A stretch of 64,000 bases of DNA from Podarcis gaigeae (lineage: Eukaryota). Position numbers and translations under genes: made by a program. Shown here in pieces: positions 1 to 34,100 of this stretch. The stretch is from NCBI GenBank assembly GCA_964106915.2, contig OZ066926.1; one strand, given 5' to 3'. The notes beneath the pieces are model-generated. The model saw nothing but the letters and a program-made list of their open reading frames with translations. It had not been told where the DNA came from and did no database searches. Every line of letters starts with the position of its first letter. Positions within the stretch are counted from its first letter, which is position 1.

Positions 1-190
1 AGTGGAGATTTGAACCCTTGTCAATACTCTTAACCATCACAGCACACCAGCTCTTTGGGGAATGAGGAAGGTGTCAGGTGTAGTGTTCCTAGGTCTAAAG
101 CCCCATGAATATTATTAATGGAGTTCTGCATGTTATGGTTTGCATTCATGCATTCATTCATTCATTCATTTTGCTGAAACTTTTAAACTA

Positions 191-404
191 CAGTGGTACC
201 TTGGGTTAAGAACTTAATTCCTTCTGGAGGTCTGTTCTTAACCTGAAACTGTTCTTAACCTGGGGTACACTTTAGCTAATGGGGCCTCCCGCTGCCGCCG
301 CACGATTTCTGTTCTCATCCTGAAGCAAAGTTCTTAACCCGAGGTACTATTTCTGGGTTAGCGGAGTCTATAACCTGAAGCGTCTGTAACCCAAGGTACC
401 ACTG
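191..404. mobile_element. Tc1/mariner (Tigger-like) non-autonomous MITE
   Basis: 18-bp TIR cagtggtaccttgggtta / taacccaaggtaccactg, TA on both sides; four copies in the window. Confidence 0.85.
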
Positions 405-1362
405 TAATGGTGTTCTGCATGTTATGGTTTGCATTCATTCATTCATTCATTCATTTTGCTGAAACTTTTAGACTACTCTTAATTATAAAAGAACCACAGC
501 TTCACAAAATGCTATATAAAAACAACTTTATGATAACCAATCCACCATAATAATATAAAAGGCACCACAAATGACCGCGGCAGTGACAGCACCTACTAAA
601 ACTTTGCACTGCAGTGATGTGATCTGGCAAAGCTTAAGGGTTGATGGGTGGGCAAGGAGGTTGCAGAAGTGGCAGGGGGTGGTCAATGTGAATGCCACAC
701 TGACTAGAACTAATCAGGCAGGGTTTTGTTTTGCTTTTTTAAGGAGGGAGGGACACCAGCATACTTCTAGTCAACTGAAATGCACTTTCCAGGTCCCTTC
801 TTTTCCTTTGAGAGGGTAAAGAAGAGGCTCTTGTCATTGGATGGGTTTGAACTATGCGGTGAGCAAATGCAGCCAATTAGATTTCGCCTGGGGTGTTTGA
901 AAAGAAGCAACGTATTTGAAAAGAAGTGATAGGGAGATTCGCCAAGCCTTGCGTGAGCATGGAAATGGATGGGCTTGGGCGGTGCCCGTCTCCTCCCCCT
1001 GCAACTAGGTGCTTTATGATTAGGCCTATCTCTGAGGAATAGCCTCTTCCAGTGGCTGCTTTATCTTCCAGTAGCCAGCCAGGCAGCAGGAGCCGGGCAC
1101 CTCCCTGCTTCCCTCCCTCCTTTCTCTGCAGTCCAAAAAAATATGTGGAAATGATGAGGCACCATTAGCTCATGCTGTGCTATGGTGCCAGGGCTCATTT
1201 TGCACTCAGAAGAAGGGGGCGTTGGAGCTCAGCTTGAATGGGAAACTGATCTGACTCTCTGTTTCCTTGAGTGTTGGTCAGTTATGGTCATTGCTCAGTG
1301 GCTGCAGAGAAATAACATCCAGGCATCTCTATTATGGCATGTTCCAGGTTGCAATAAAAGAA

Positions 1363-1590
1363 GAAGAGCTATATAGCTCAGAGACAGGACACATGCATTG
1401 CATGCAGAAGGAACCAGGGTCAACCCCCAGCATGATTCGGGTAGGGATGTGATGAAAGACCCGCCTGATTCCCTGGAGAGCTACTGCAGATAAAACTGAT
1501 GGAGCAATGATATGGCTTCACACCATTTGGTACAGTCACTGTAAACCATACTGAGCTAGATGGAGCAATTGTATAAGGCAGCTTCCTACA
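1363..1590 (+). mobile_element. tRNA-derived squamate SINE (Squam3-like), degenerate
   Basis: tagctcag..tgcatgcagaagg..tactgagctagatgga..tataaggcagcttccta, shared with 6505-6692. Confidence 0.55.
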
Positions 1591-2531
1591 TAAGAAGATA
1601 AAAGCCACGGTCCGGGGCAAAGCTCCAATGAGCCAATCCTCACTCTAAACGCTGCGCCTTCCACCCTGGGAATGAGTGGGTTCCCAACTTTTGAGCCTTT
1701 CCTGGTGCCTGCACCTTTAAAAGCAGCTTGATGCACAGACAGTATAGATTATCATCTTCATGCCATGAAAAGCTTCAGCTGTCGACCAAGCCTGCTGTTG
1801 CAAGCAAAGCAGGCCGTTTCCCTTCCATTTGCCCCCTGCTCAACTGGCACTCCTAGTGGCTGTGCCTATGCAGTTGGGAGGAAGCAGAAGAATTCACCCT
1901 TTTCTTCTGCTTCCTTCTGGAGAGACAGTCAGCCGTCCCCCGTCCCCCCACTTCCTTGGAAGAAATTCAGATTATACTGAACTCCACCAGCAGAGAGCAG
2001 GAGTGAACAAGATATACATGCTCTCAAGTGGGTGCACAGCAAATAGCTCAGCCTACAATTCCCGGGGAAAATAAATAAATAAGCAAGGTCAAACAAACAC
2101 CCTCAGGGTAAGTTGAACAGACCTGGGGGGGGGGGGTATTTTGCTGACCACAAGCGTAGCAGTCAGACAGTAAAGGTAAAGGGGGGGGGGGATTCCCAAA
2201 GGAAAACAAAAAAAAAACAACCCGCCCAATTTTAAAGAGACTTTTTGTGTGTGCTCAAAAACAGTCCCCAGTAGGAGGAGAGAAACAAACTCTTTCCTTC
2301 TCCTGTTGGTTAACTGCAAAGGTAGTAGATTAACAAAGCAAAACAGAACACAAAGCTTTCTTTATAAATGTAACCGTGACTTGAAATGGATGCACACTGT
2401 TTATTTCCTCTGAGTGTGCTGTTCTGCAAGAGCCCATTTTAATGATCTGCCATTGGTGACTCAGCCACGGGAAGCACTCTGCTTGTGTTCAGAGGTCCTC
2501 TTCTCCAATCAGCCTGCATGTGCAGGAGCAC

Positions 2532-2668
2532 NNNNNNNNNNNNNNNNNNNNNNNNNNNNNNNNNNNNNNNNNNNNNNNNNNNNNNNNNNNNNNNNNNNNN
2601 NNNNNNNNNNNNNNNNNNNNNNNNNNNNNNNNNNNNNNNNNNNNNNNNNNNNNNNNNNNNNNNNNNNN
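2532..2668. other. Assembly gap (137 N)
   Basis: run of N. Confidence 1.
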
Positions 2669-3285
2669 AGACTATTGAATCTGTAACCTGATAGGACTGC
2701 TATTTATCGGATGTCATTGTCTAGACAATTTAAACCAATATGAATCTGGCAAAAGCAAGTAACCCAGAGACCTAAGTTCAACTTAGAGAGCTATTGTGGC
2801 GAAATGGTTAGAGTGTCAAACTACAACCTCGGAGGCCAGGATTTAAATCCCGACACAACCAGGGTAGTTTTGGGCCAGTCATGATCTCTCTGGCTAATAA
2901 TCTACCTCAACAGAGTTGTTGTGAGGATAAAATGGGCAGGTGAGAGCCAAGTATGCTGATTTCAGCTCCTTGGATATAAATGTATTAAATAAACGAAATC
3001 CATGCCCTTCCTCCATTTCATTAATAGCCCCTGGGCAAGAGGCCATTTTTCACTTTAGTCAGAGACACTGAGGTGAGGCAAAGTGGTTACCTCAGACAGC
3101 GGGCTTGGGTGCCAGTAAAAAGAGCAGAATGGGAGACAGGCAGATGTAACTCCTGGAAAGTTCCTCATTTTGAACTAATAATAAATACTATGTTCTTGTA
3201 CCTTTCCCATTTCCAGGTGGACTTTTACGGGACAGCTTTCTCACAGGTTATAAGGTGTGTGCCCTTACGTAAGCAATTTGTATAT

Positions 3286-3288
<3 letters not shown>

Positions 3289-3318
<30 letters not shown>
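3289..3318. repeat. (TG)n microsatellite
   Basis: ~15 TG units. Confidence 0.95.
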
Positions 3319-3321
<3 letters not shown>

Positions 3322-3616
3322 GATGGCTCAGTTGGTAGAGAAGGAGACTCTTAATCTCAGGCTTGTGTCCTAGGTTGGGCAAGAAGATTTATATGATTCT
3401 ATATGTGTGTGAATGTGTGTGTGCACACACATTTGCCTCAGGCATCAAAACACCGTGAGGTGGGGATCAGGGTCCTTGTGTTCCGTTCTGACAGGGCCAT
3501 TTTTCTCTTTTTTAAAAGCCAACCTCGCAGGGCTGTTGTAGAGAATGGGTGAGCTGCGTCTGCATAACGCACCGTGCTGGAAACAGTGAGCAGGGGAGAG
3601 AGTGGAATGCATCTAA

Positions 3617-23785
<20,169 letters not shown>

Positions 23786-26700
23786 GACATCAAGATGGCT
23801 ATCCCTACAAACCACAATAGATGCCTGTGGCGGGGAACGAGAATTGAGTCCCTTTGACTTGGCTATACCTTTACTGAGCCTGATGTTACAGTAGGGTTAA
23901 CAAGCCCACATCCTCAACTGGACATTTATTTAAACACAAGACTTTCCCCCTTAAAGTGGAAGCAGGGAAGCGTTTAGAATCTTTTTCCCTGCCCGGGATT
24001 TAAAATGGGGAAGAAAAGGCTGCACGCTTGTTGGAAGCAGGAAGGATTGCCTGCCCAAGGCACTTTTGTAAAGTGATGCTGTGTATATTATGTGTAATAT
24101 AGATATATATTATATATGATTGAGATTGCTGGAAGGTAGCTGTCTCCGGAGGAGAATGCTTAAAAGTCCTCTGAATTACTGCTGCTGAAGGGATGAGGGG
24201 TGGGCAAGAGATAGAAGACAGCTACACAGGTTGAAATTCATGGCGCATTCTCGGTAGTGAAAACTTGCACAGCGTCGAGGTGATGTTGTCAAGGACCCTG
24301 TCTGTCCCCTCCCTGTTCGACAGCAGGAGGCTCTGTGGAAGTGTGTGAGAGAAGTAAGCTGTACGGCAGGAGGATGTTGAGTTTCCCATCTTCCCTGCGA
24401 TTCAACACGCAATTGCAGCAACAAACATGCTACCTTCCTGCAATGGGTGGTGGTGGATTTCAAGTTGCCTCCAGATTTCTGGGTTTCTTTTGCGATTCAG
24501 GAAGCCTCTTCCATCTTCAACCCTACCAGACTACTGCGGAATCTACTTCCTGTGTTTCTCCTGCATGTTGCTATCCCAATGGATGTTTTCTTTTTTTTAC
24601 TTCAGGGACGGTCTTGGAAGGCGGAAGAGGGCTGATTTACACATCAGGTCTTTTGGTGTGTGGTACTCAAGGCACAATCGGCCTCTTCCCCTACCAGAGT
24701 TTTGACAAAGCAGACTTAGGAACGCTCTGGTATGTGATGACTTCATTTGCCACGGCTGAAAAACTGTTATAGACCAGCAGCTGGGGAAGCTGTAGAATTA
24801 ATGGGCAAGAATTAAAACAGATTTGAGGAGCTGGCAGTAAAATGGGACAAAGTCTGTTGAAGTCTCTTTTCCGATACCCATCTTTCTTCTGCAAACATCC
24901 TTAGGTCTTTTTTTTTTAAGTGGCTTGGGGAAATTAATTTTTACATTCATGCCGTACGATTCAGCTGTAAAGCTCTTCACCTATATTATTTCCTTATTCC
25001 TACAATGGCACTATACTATAAGGCAGTATTATCTCTGCATTGCAGATGGGATTAAAGAACAATGGCTTGTCTGGGGCCACTGAATAACAGTTAAGATGAG
25101 ATTTAAATTGGGGACTTTCTGAGTTACAATGCATATGTGCAACTGGAAGCATACTGAAGTGAGAAATAAGCCACACCAAATTCAATTAAGCTTTGTTCCT
25201 GAGGGTGCACTGGGTTGCAGCCTGAGTCCATGCGCCGACAGTGCTAAATTCTAAGTCAGGATCTGAAGAACCAACCAACCATTTTTGCGCATCTAATACA
25301 GCAGGCCTGTAGCAATCTACAACAGGTGCTGAAGAAAAATATCCAAGCCTGCTTTTAATATGGCATGGGATGGATGGTGCTCTGCCGCTTGGCAGTGAGG
25401 AGACACTCATTATGCCAATGAATAAGTCATAAGGTGCACCTAAAGGAGCTCTTGATCTCATCCCTGATTTTAGCTTACCTAAAATCTTGATTGTGGCACC
25501 TAGGAATGTGAACTATATTAAAGAGCCACAATAAGTTACAGAGGTGTTTAGAGTGCCTCCTTCTCTACCCATAACTCTAATCTCAAATGCAACTGCATTC
25601 ACATTTTTACATCCTCATTCACGTATCCCATTCCTCAAACACCTTTTACAACAGCGGCCCTTTGGCCCTCCAGATGCAGCACGAGCAATGGCTAGGGATA
25701 ATAGGAGCTGGAGAACAGCGTCACCTGGAGGATGCCAGGGTCCTGATTCCTGCTCACACCATGGTGATGATGCATGTTCTCCTCCCAGCATCCCTTTCTT
25801 ACAGTGGTTCAATCACTTGCAACCTTGGCTCCCCAGATGTTGCCAACTACCACCCCCTTCATCCCTGACTATTAGGCTAAGGGGGCTGATGGGAGCTGGA
25901 ATTGGACAACATGTGGGGAAACTGACCTACTGGACTGGTGCAAAGGTGGTTTGTTTTTTTAAGTATTCCAACAGTTCAGGAAATTCGGGGGGGGGGGGAG
26001 AATCTGCAACACCTTGTAACAGCCAAGATAAAAGTGGTTAGGAAGTTCTTGTTTCTATGTACTGAACAATTGTGACAGAGGATTCAAAAACACCTGTGGG
26101 TTTCTCTTTGTATTGTGTATCTTGGCTGATTAAGAAGTGGTTTGTTTCTGCTTTTAGAAAGACCTAGTCACCTGGTCAAAATGAGGGAGGATTTAGGTTC
26201 ATGGAGGAATCCAGTGAATAAGCCTTGCAGAATGAAGGTGAGGAGACAGGGACAAACCAATGCCTTACATAGGAGACAAAAGATCCCCCCCCCCCACTCC
26301 TATTATATAATACAAGCATCTTAGAACATACCACATGAGAAGATTCCCGGGGAGGGAAGAAAATCCTCAAGTAGGAATGGTGCATAGGGGGGACAACCAA
26401 TCCCTGCAAAGTAAGGTTGATGTTGCCATCCATCAGCTGATCTGCCGAATAGGCTGTGCAACTGAGCTCTGCATGGGGAACCTAAGAGCTCAGCCAATCC
26501 CTAGAGAAAGCAGCTTGGCCAGCCCCTTTGCTCAGTGATTCAGAAGGGTTTGCACAGTGTTTTCAGAGAGATCTGCACATTGCTTCCCTCTGCAAGGCCT
26601 TCTGATAGGTGTGCAGCACAACATACCTGCCAATAATCTGAAATTGACAGGGAGGGGTTGGGACAAATAGCTGACTGGGCCAAAACGTTCCCCACTCCTG

Positions 26701-26823
26701 TTCCCAAAGAAGACAAGAGAAGAGCTAGACCAGAAATTCCTAACACACAAAACGTGGATGAACAAGCAATCCTCTCCTGGTGCCCTCTGCTATAATTTTT
26801 TGTTTCTTTGTTTAAAATGTGAC

Positions 26824-26829
26824 TTTATT
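26824..26829 (-). terminator. Probable SLC25A39 polyadenylation signal (AATAAA)
   Basis: tttatt on + strand, ~1.1 kb past the stop; GU-rich tract (ttgcttgttcatccacgttttgtgtgtt) downstream on - strand. Confidence 0.6.
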
Positions 26830-27957
26830 TAAGAAAAATGCCTCCTGAACCTTTCCACAAGAACGTAAGCAACAGGCACATAAGTTAATAGCACAAAAAG
26901 GGGGAAGCCTAGCAGCTGCTAAAGGGTACCACTTTCAAGTCTCTGGCATCAAAACAAACTTTTGGCCTGGCTGAGATTTCAGCCCCCCTTTTAACAGAGC
27001 ACATGCTATGGAAGACTGCAAGGGGAGAACACAGCGTTTAATTCCTTTGTGCCCGCGCTACTCATTATCTAGGGCATGAAGACTTGCTGCCCACAGAAGT
27101 GTCAAGGGAAGAGGTGGGAGAATCCTGAGTGTCCAAGCCAGTGTTTTGTGTTCTGGGCCCCCCAATGTCCAGTGTTTGGCTGCAGCGTGAGCCAGCATAT
27201 CCGTCATGCGCAGAAAGGATCGTGTGGTGGAGCGGAAGGCATGGAGGCCTACAAACACTTAAGAATTAAGGCAGGGATGGAGTTGCCTGTCTGTTTCCGT
27301 CTACAGCAGCTTGAAGCCTTTTGGAGGGCCACATGCACACAGATTGCATGCAGCAAAAAACATTTTTTTAAAAAAACAACCACCTCCTTTTGGAATGCCA
27401 TGGCTAGCCTGCTTCTTCCTCTTTTTCCTTTCGCCCCTTTCTGGTTTAAAGTAAATAAAGTCACGATCTGTTTGGGACCTAACAGGCAGCCAGTTGTAGC
27501 TAGAGATTCTCTCGATTCTGGGCAAGGCTAAAGAGAACGTTGTGCTCTTCAGATGAAAGGCGTAAAAAGGTCCAAACATGACAGCATCCCAACAGCAAAA
27601 TGTAACAATGGCTCTAGGGTGAGGAGGCAGGGGGCAAGGAGTGCAGCAGCTAAGAGATTCAAATCACTGAACTGCTCCCCAGCAAAATGGAGAGGAGGAG
27701 GATAGTAGAAGTGAGCTGGAAGGCACCTGGGAATTGTCTGACAGGAGACACGTCCTACAAGAAAAGGGAACAAAATGTTTCCTAGGTATGGTCTTCTCAA
27801 CCCTTAACTGACAGTGACCACGACTGGATCCACCTTACTCAGACCATGAGTTCACACACTTTGTTTTTCCTCTTTCAATCTTCTGAAATATGTCCCTTCT
27901 CCCTGCCACCAATGTGGCTTTGGTCCGTCTGAAAAATGGAGGATCTTTCCATGGCCT

Positions 27958-28076
27958 TCATACGTTGTCAAGCTGCCGTTCCTGGTTCATTTTCTGGAAG
28001 AAGGCCTTGCCAAATTCGTATGTGCTGATCATGATGGCGCAGGCGGGGGCCACCTTGATCACCCGAGGCAGGAAAC
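27958..28076 (-). CDS. SLC25A39: SLC25A39 terminal coding exon
   Basis: gcccacag|, [38 protein letters not shown], stop TGA. Confidence 0.95.
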
Positions 28077-31000
28077 CTGTGGGCCATTTCGGCAGAGGGA
28101 AGGAGAGAAGAATAAAACAAACCTGTTAGACAGGCTGAGAAGAAGGAAAGGGAGCAGGATGGCCTACGTTCAATAATTTACCCATCTCCATGGTGCACGG
28201 TTTGCTGCCTGCTCTAATAAGGCGAGGAAAGAGCGTGCAAGTGATTGGCCAGCTTCTGAATTTGGCACACATACCACTGTCTTGACCGCATGCGACTCAC
28301 ACACAACACATCGCTGTGTGTTCAAAGTAGGGGGAATCTTTTAAAGTGCAGTGGAGCTACAGGGAAATGAGGCTGAGATGGAACAGAATGCCCAACTTTC
28401 TAGGAAGTTTTTAGTTGAGAGAGTTCAACCATAGCCTTATAGCTACAAATCTCATTCTCTACTTATTATTAGGACCTGCTGGTGACGGGTGAGTAATAAT
28501 AATACTACTACTATTCTATAGAGGTGCTGTCACACAGCACAGAGAATGGCAAGCAGTAAACGGCAATGTAAGTCACCTGCAAAGAGTCCTCGGGTGCCAG
28601 ATTCTGCTCGAATCTTCTGCATAAGCAGCCAGGTGGAAGAGGATCTGGGAGTAGCAACTGAGCAGGGAGAGAAAGTATATGACATTATGTAGTTCACATT
28701 TTTATTCCTTGCTTCTCTTTTCACTTGCAACAGCCATAACAAAACAAGTTAGCCAGGCTTAATGATAGCAGCCCCAGGCAGCTTCCTGCGCCTCACCTTG
28801 GAGTGTCTCCATGTCTCCCAGCTGAATTTGTCGCTGGGTCTTCACCACGTCAAAGGGCAGCGTGAGGATAGCAGCCACCTGGGGAATAGGAAGGGCCATC
28901 TATTAGCCATCACTACAAGCAAGATTCTTCCCTTGGCTTGAGGCAAAGCACTCTCTTTTGTCTACTGGGGTGGGGAAGTTAGGGCCTCCTTTACTACTCT
29001 AGTTGCCTAAATGTTTGCAAAGAAAAGAGGTGGGAAATAGAGGGGAGGGAAAGAGCTGTTGCACTGAAACAGGGAGGAGCTCTGAAGAAAAGCACCCCAT
29101 CTTGGAGCAGATAGGAATGGAATTGGTAGTGCCTCCAACACCCAAAGGGGACAAAGTTTTCTGAATCTGCATAAATCCATGGCCCCCTTGGAGTGAATGG
29201 GAGAAGATAAAAGCCATTTTAGGTTCCCTCTTTCACTGATGAAGAATCTACTGTTCAGAATGCACACGGAGAAGGAAAAATGGTTTGCGATAAGTAATGG
29301 TAAAGGTCCTATGTGTGCATGAGGAATAGAATTATAGAATTGTAGAGCAGGAAGGGACCCCATGGATCATCTAGTCCAACCCTCTGCAATGCAGGACTAT
29401 GTACCCATACGGGGATCAAACCTGTGACTTTGGCATTATCAGAAACATGCTCCAACCAACGGAGCTAACCAGCAAGTTCACACCCATGGATGGCTCCACC
29501 CAGTTTTCCTCCTGGCTCCACCCACCAGTGGAATGCAGCCTTCAGAACATTATTCATGACCAGATTGAGGAATGTTCCCTACTCCAGAGGTGCATCATTA
29601 AAATCTGTCACATTAGCTACATTTTACAAACGCTGCAAATACACCATTCACTCCCATTACTGAGCTAAGAAAGCATATGCTTAACAATAAGCAGCAGTAT
29701 TTCTTCTGCTGACCAACACAGAAGAAAGAAAGAAAGAAGGCCACCATCTTTACAGCCTTCCTGGCTGCAGAAAGGGGACTGGTTAAGAGGCTCCCGGAGT
29801 CACAGTTAAAGAGAAGATTGTTCAGCAGGCCGCTCTGCCTCACATCTCTCTCAAGGCCACTGGAAAGAACTGTCAAGCGCCGGCACTCACCGTGCCAGAA
29901 ATGGCACCAGCTGCAAAGCTGACCATGAAGGTGGCCTCGGTAAGACAGAATCGGGTGCACAACCAGTCCTTCACCAGTTCATAGTTATACCAGTACAGAG
30001 CTGTGGGGGGGAAAGAGGAAGAGACAGATCGTCAAAGGAGGGAGGGGAACTGCAGGCCAAAGAAAGCTGAATGTGCTTCCTTTTTGGTAGCGGAGGGAAG
30101 GTGTGCTTGCTTGCTAGAGCTGCAGCTCTCCCCCCTCTCTGTCCAGAATCCCTGTGTGTGACCCTTTGCCCAGATCTAATGGTAATACTTATTTGTTCAT
30201 AGGAATTCATATGCCAACCTTCATAATGGCAGGGCAGTTCCACAAAACAGGGGTGTTAAAACTCTTATCAGGTTCTGGATTCACTGACATGCCAAAGGCA
30301 AAAGAGACCCACACACCATCTAGTGTGTCTATCTCCAAGTAGGAATGGACTGTGTTTCTCCACCCCCTGCAATAGCAGGACATCCTGAGCAAGGGACAGG
30401 TGTTTGTCCAATCCCTTTTTTTAAAAACCACATTGGTGGAGATTCTGCAACTTTCATGGGTAATATAAAGTAACGATGCACTGCTGTCCTTAAGACATTG
30501 TACTCAATAGTAAGTTGAAGATGAACCCTTTTGAGGGGTGAGAACAGTCTCATTTTTTTTGGTATCTTGAAAGCAGCTGCCTTGCATAACCTTTGCTCAG
30601 AAAACAAAAGATGCCTAGCTCCTCCCAGGTGTCTGTATGCAATGTTTTCCAAACCCTCTCGTTACTGCTCTCTGCTCCCTTCCCTGTGTCACTTCCATAC
30701 CTGAGAAGGGAACGTCCCGCAGAACTGTGGGCCCCCAGCCCCTCCAGAGAGAGAACCATCCGTCCTGGGCCACAGCAGACTGGATGCAGACACGCAGTTC
30801 CCGGTAGCTCAGCTGTCGGGACTGCATCTTTGTTCGGATAAGTTCCAAGGGGCTGATCACTGTCACTGCACCCACTAGGGAAGAGAGATCAGAGCGGCAC
30901 ATGAAATCAAGCCCCAGTTTAATCAAGGCAGTTCCCAGTTCCTCCACTGCAAAGACCAAATGGGAGACATGTGCATGTAGAAGAGCCGACTGCCAGTCAT

Positions 31001-31096
31001 CTATTACAATGCCATTGGCATGTAAACTGAGGAGGCCTTTAGGTGCCTGGGCATCAGAAAATGTGGGAATTGAAGTAGTAGGTTTCACTGAAATAA

Positions 31097-31148
<52 letters not shown>

Positions 31149-34100
31149 TACATACCCCGCCCATCTGGCTGGGTTTTCCCAGCCACTCTGGGCAGCTTTC
31201 AACAGAACACTAAAATACAATAACCTATTCCAGCTTCCCCCTGGTCAGTAAGATCTGACAAGGTAGCAATGGGAATCTGATTTTTCAACTCTGTTCCTAG
31301 TCACTCAGATCTAGGATCCAAAAGCTAGCTTATATATGAACACAGAGCCTGAATTCTGGCTGTCAAAAATAGATTTTTGAGGGGGTGGGGAGAGAAAGAA
31401 GAGTTGGCGGAGATCTGCCCTGAATAATTGTTCATTTGTGGTGCTGGTGGTGAACAAGAAAGGCAAAGAATGGCTCAGGGAGGTTTCTAAGGAAGGAATA
31501 ACTGTGGCATCTATCCTCATTTTACATCCTACACATCCACTCCTGTAATCTGCCGCCATATTGCCATCTCTCAACGTGGTCTATTTTTTGAGAAGGGGTG
31601 GTGGTGGAAGGACGGTGTCCACCTGCACTTCAGTTCCCCTCTCCCAGTATCCTGCAGGAACTGTCAGTCTCTCTCCCCATCTCCCTCCCTCCCTCCCTCC
31701 CTCCCTCCCTCCCATGCTCCTACTTCTGAAGCTCGTTCAGCAAAATCTCTTTCGTACAATCTAACAGTAATGGTTTCCCTCCTGATATATTTCCATCCAT
31801 CCAGTGGTAAGGCAGCCCTTTTTCCTCTCTTGACTCAAAACAAAACATATGTCCACCCTTCCAGACCTGTGTACTTTAGATGCATAGCAGCTAGGATCGT
31901 TATATTTTGGGACAGCCAATGTTGTGCACTCCAGATCTTATTGGACTACAATTCCTAACAGCCTCGGCCAGAATGGCCAATGGTCATGATGGGAGTAATA
32001 GTCCAAAACATATGGAAGGCACCACGTCCACTTCCTGTCTTGAGCATTTATATGGCACATGTAATCCAAACATCTAAAATGCTTCCAAACATCCATATTC
32101 TCCAGAAGACCCCTTTTCTAAACATAAAGTCTTCAAAAAATGGAGATTGGCATCTACAAACACTAGGGAAATAATAAGTACAGGTTTCCCCCACCCCTTA
32201 TGTGTAGGTTATGTTCTGGGGCCCCACACACGTAAAATCGTGTAAGTGGGGAGCACTCTCTAAACACCATTTAAACACCCTCTCTCTCCAATTCAGACCA
32301 AAAATAATGTAGCCAAAAATATCCACAATTAGAACTGGAGCTCTGGGCATGACTGGAGGCTGGGAGAAGATGCTGCCGCACTACCGCACGCCATCTGCTG
32401 TTAGGCAGGGAGGCCGAGCAGCTTAAACAAAGCCTGGCTGTGCTTCCAGTCTCTTTGGGGCTTCCTCTGCCCTCACTGATGTCGTCTTGTGGCTTTGGAG
32501 ACGGTTTCCTTGCAAGCAATGAGGACTCTCCAGATCTCTCTCACAATTTCCAGGTTCGAATTGAATTATTTGTTTGTTTCCTAGCAGCGTGCCTACACGG
32601 GGAGGGACGACGCCTGCATTCTGAAAAGCTAGTGGTTTACAATATGTGCATGTAATTAAAAGCAGAAAGGCAGGCTGCTCCTGCAAATATACAAACACAG
32701 GCGAGGTGATACTCACATCTGGCAACAGCTCCAGCCACTAGTGGGATGTACCGTGCTTGGCTGTCCAACTTGGCACGCAATAAATCGCGTAGTTGATCGT
32801 AGCTAGTGAAGTAGATCACAGTGGCAGGGACAGCCATCACCCTGTTAAAAAGTTGTGGGTATTAAGCGCCATGGTCCCATAAAGTACAGTGTTCATGCCC
32901 GTGTAGAACCCAACTACTTCCAATGCCAATGCGCTGCAAATCTGACATTGCCCATATGCCCATCAAGAATTCTGATCACACAGATAAGAATTTTCAATTC
33001 AGTGAGCAATGCTGAGAGAAAGCAGCAAAGAAAAAAGAGACTGGAGATCTCCCTTCTTTACCTTGGCAGGAAGCTTCCACACCTTTCACTGGGTTACTTT
33101 ATATGCTGTAAAACTGTGTTTGTTGCTTCTAAATCATGTAATCGTCCAAAGATGGCTTTCTTGGGAATACATGCCCATGCCACATGTTCAAGCAGACGTG
33201 TGCAGAAGACACACTAGCAAACCAGACAACCAAGTGTGACCACCAGGCTTCCTTCTTGAAGGTATTCCCTAATTCAATGTTTTTGGGGATATGGAATGCT
33301 CCAAAGGCAGTACGGGATCTGCTAGGGCGGCAAACTGATGGGAATCATACATTGCAATAAAAATGATAAAATGTTAATAGTGCTTTTAAAGGAAGGGTTA
33401 GTAAACTGTGCTGCTGTTCCCAAGCACTGGGCAGACTGTGGACACTTGGGAAGTGCTGCACAAGGGACTTGGACAGGTGGGGCAGGACAACCCATGTGTC
33501 AATCATCTGACGTCATGCGAGTGACAAGTGAGCCGTCCCACCCAGCTGTCACAGTCAGCCTATGGGGGAGGGGACAGATGAAGATCTGGCCTGCCAGGCC
33601 GAAAAGGTTCCTCGCCTGCTGTTTTAAAACGACAGTAAGTGTGTTACTTCCCGAGATTGTGCACCTTGGGATTTAAATTTAATTGCATGTAACTTATGTC
33701 CACACTCACAGGGTGGGTGGAAGGCCGCTCCATAAGGATCGGATGCCCTCATAGCGTATTATCTTCACAAAAGCGTCCTGGAAGAAACGAGAGGCAAGGG
33801 CGGACAGTGAAGGAGAGAGCAGTTGGTTGGAATAAAACCCTGAAGCTGAGCCACACCGCTGAACTAGAAGTCATACAAAAAACCTCTGTAATGAGCTCCC
33901 AAGAGGCCTGGTTCTTACAAGGAAAAAAACCCAGCTTTGGCAGGGAAGCAGCTGCCGGGGCGGGTGAGGAGGCAGCAGAAAGGGGTGCTTAACCCTTTCC
34001 CAACCCACCCCTTCATTGCTCCAACCTGCCCTGCATAGAAGAAGCTTCTCCTTCCTCATCTCCCACAGGGTCGCATGGGCACCTGCATATGCATATACTC

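Noticed and set aside
3323-3380. tRNA-Lys-like sequence gctcagttggtagag..gactcttaatctcagg
   Set aside because: Acceptor stem and T-arm/B box are missing or degenerate; a SINE head remnant, not a tRNA gene.
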